Shown here: piece by piece, positions 47,097 through 63,994 of the stretch | Layout of the letters: each line of letters opens with the position of its first letter | Numbering within the stretch: position 1 is the first letter of the stretch | Assembly (NCBI RefSeq): GCF_001949145.1 | Contig: NW_019091356.1 | Span: forward strand, 1,863,673-1,927,666 | Direction: 5' to 3' | DNA length: 63,994 nucleotides | Source of the DNA: Acanthaster planci | Taxonomy: Eukaryota | Program-made: the position numbers and the translations under genes | Notes under the pieces: generated by a model | Database searches by the model: none | Told to the model about the DNA's origin: nothing | Seen by the model: only the letters and a program-made list of their open reading frames with translations

Positions 47097-48599
47097 CAAT
47101 TATTCAGATAGGCTTCAATAGTATGGTGCCACCGTCTCAGGATTTCAGAGTATTTATGCAAACGCTGAGAAACACAGAGACAAGACTAAAGAAATTCTCC
47201 CGTACAGCTGGCTGAAATTTTACGGCTTGAAACATCACTGGCAAAATCATGAAAATCCTGTGAAAATGTTGCGAAGTCTGCCACATTTCGCTGCGACAAC
47301 CTGAATTCAGCCTTGGGCTGACTTTCTGAAGTTCATGAATTGCAAAATGTAAGTTTTTATCATATTTGTTGATGACTTAAATTGGTCCAATTCTCAGGTT
47401 GTGGGCGTGACACTGAAACTAACCATGCTTGCAAATGCAAAGCTAAAGTTAACGTCACACCCACCAATGCCAAACATGCCAAATGGTAATGAATGAGTAA
47501 GCATCCCTTGTTCCTTATAAGGTAGTTACAATCAAGGTTATTCCTGGGTTAATGACTGTTGTGTTCATTGTTTTATGTACTGACATGGCTAGAGCCATAA
47601 AATGGCAAAGGCTAGTACTAGTGGGCCAACTAAAGTACTAGTAATTGAACGTTCAAACGTGATGTTGAAACTCTTATCATTCTCGTATTGTTTTTGGAGT
47701 GCGTGCCAGTGTATCCAGAACCTACCGAGCCTTCAGTTTTCATCAGTTAATTAAGCTCCATATCTGGTGGCATTACTGCATATGCATGAGATCTTGAGCA
47801 GTTTGGGGGAAATATTAACCCAAACACGGCAGCCTAACACAGCCTTAAATACTACAAACCTAGGTAGGCATGGTAAAATTAAGTATTCAGTGCTGTTGCT
47901 TGTAAGAGGACATGACCTTATTGTTCTCTGAAGCCGTAAAATACAGTAGATAAGACAATGTACCATACAGTGCTCTGGCACTATGAATGCATGGCTTTAT
48001 TGTTCTTTGTATAAGTAACAATAGAGGGTGCCCCAACCAGAAGTAGTCAATTTGTAGTGCTAGGTCCTTCAGGCTCAGACTACTGCTTAGTATTTTGAAG
48101 TACTGAGTACTGCAACCCAAATTTTGTGTAGAACTGTTAGGGTTAAAAGATTTAAATTTGTGGCAGCAGCTCCTACTTGTACAGTGAAAATTTCCCCGTT
48201 GGTACTGTAACACAGATAGGACCGGCACTAGAGCGACGCTCATTGGTTGGCTCAGTCCTCTATGTGCTTTGCTGAGCTGGTGACATCACAGCGACCACAT
48301 GGAAATCACTCGCAAGCTCGTCGTCTGCACTCATGGACGCACTGCACACATACTGCTGGAGCAGTTTGAGCAAGTCAATAACCACTGCGTGTCGATCTAC
48401 ACACACGCACATACGTGCATATGACCACGCTTGTAGGGCGCATCAAAATCCCATATCGATATTTGCATATTCATGCGGTACACTCATCACTCTTGTCTCA
48501 TGTCTATGAAACGTACTACCAACGATTCCCGAATTCATCCCATACATGCTCAGTCAGTGGTGCGGTTTCGTACATAAATAGCATTCAAAATATAACTTA

Positions 48600-48800
48600 G
48601 CAAAGTTACCTCGCCACCAGGGAATAAGCAAGGTGTCGGTCCTCAGTTTCACATCAAAGAATTGTACGAAGCTTGTCGCCAGCTCTATCAGAACAGAACT
48701 GAATCGAGGCACCGATGTCAAGCGTGAGTGCATACGCGAGCATTTTCATTCATGAAAACTGCCTTAGACATTGAGGTCAATGACATCAGGTAATGAGATG
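48600..48800. promoter_or_regulatory. Candidate bidirectional promoter for TDRKH and WDR7
   Basis: Outward-facing donor sites: minus-strand GAG/GTAACT near 48610 and plus-strand CAG/GTAATG near 48790, followed by a plus-strand acceptor at 48940 just before the WDR7 ATG; locally CpG-richer. Confidence 0.35.
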
Positions 48801-48953
48801 ATCGTTGTTCCCTCTTGTGACCTCTTCGTGCCAATTTGTGTAGGGATTTTTTTTGCTGTGACTTGCATTGTCTAGTCGATAGCCGCAACACTGGCCATTC
48901 GGTCGTTCCATGTTCAACATTTTTTGTTTTTCCTCGACAGAATTCTCTTTTGA

Positions 48954-63160
<14,207 letters not shown>

Positions 63161-63994
63161 GTAAGTAGCTCTGATCACATATCATTTTCAGATTCTCTGA
63201 TGTCAATTTGTGGCACTTTGGGGGATGTTGGTGTTATTTTGGTAGATACCAGTGAGCAGTTTTTGCGGTGAATTTGTGATGTTTGTCATCCGAGATCATC
63301 TTGTTTCAAATGTTTAGGGATTTTCATAACAAGTGACCTTGTAATCCTGGGTTGATCAAAGCCTTATATTCATAAAGTTTATTTATTATCCACACCCCTT
63401 TCTAAACTGACCCCAATAAAGACCATTGCCACGCCCGTGGCTGGAGTGATGAAACTGGTAAGTGCCAACAAAACAGCCCCTTTGGTGTGCGATGCCATTT
63501 GCTTATGTCATTTGGCTATATTTGTATATTTGAGTTATGCATTGACGGTAGAGGGCAGTAGATATAGGTATTGTGTATTATTTGAAGCCATCTTATGCCT
63601 CGGATGGTTACCCTTTCCCAATAACTTTGCGGCATCAGTTATAGGCTATGTCAAGAACCCTCACCCTTGGGCCACCCTCTTGCCAACACCCAAATCTTTG
63701 GTTGCAATCTAGATAGTAGATGCACGCATACAGTTTGATCATTCATTACACCTTATGCATATTTATGAGCCAGTGCACTTACTTCATTGGTCCATATTCC
63801 AGTTCTGTCCACGAATCAAAATAATGAGCTCCTTCAATGTGTTCCTGGAATTTTAACAGCCGCCTCTGATGTACTGTTCCACTTGTTTTAGTTGCACTGT
63901 TCTAAGCAAGTTTTGGTACCCAAATTAAAAATTTTGATAAATTAAAATGATAATGCATCTTGTAAATATGCATCAAGTGTAATGAAACAATCGC

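Noticed and set aside
63860..63928. Possible last WDR7 exon after TTTTAACAG
   Set aside because: Translation (PPLMYCSTCF...) does not resemble the WDR7 C-terminus; the remaining exon(s) lie beyond the window.

Overview
Intron-rich animal (probably marine invertebrate) genomic DNA with two assembly gaps (29771-30237, 31918-32349). Most ORFs in the six-frame track are spurious; I rebuilt four spliced genes by hand using GT-AG sites and reading-frame continuity. (1-2) A head-to-head pair of paralogous 14-exon genes: A on the minus strand, 18513->1136, about 564 aa; B on the plus strand, 21519->34807, about 576 aa. Each encodes a type I membrane protein: signal peptide, three tandem copies of a ~150-aa six-cysteine domain I cannot assign to a known family, a Pro/Gly/Ser stalk, one TM helix and a short tail with a DxxxLV motif. 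One exon looks homogenised between the copies by gene conversion. (3) TDRKH/Papi (minus, 46227->39427, 11 coding exons, about 502 aa). (4) WDR7/Rabconnectin-3beta (plus, from 49011, 22 coding exons seen, continuing past the window end), head-to-head with TDRKH. Introns and intergenic DNA carry many MITEs, a tRNA-derived SINE, LINE tails, minisatellites and CTCF-like motifs. The best candidate for an undescribed system is the divergent paralog pair and its repeated Cys domain. Novelty needs profile and structure searches that I could not run.
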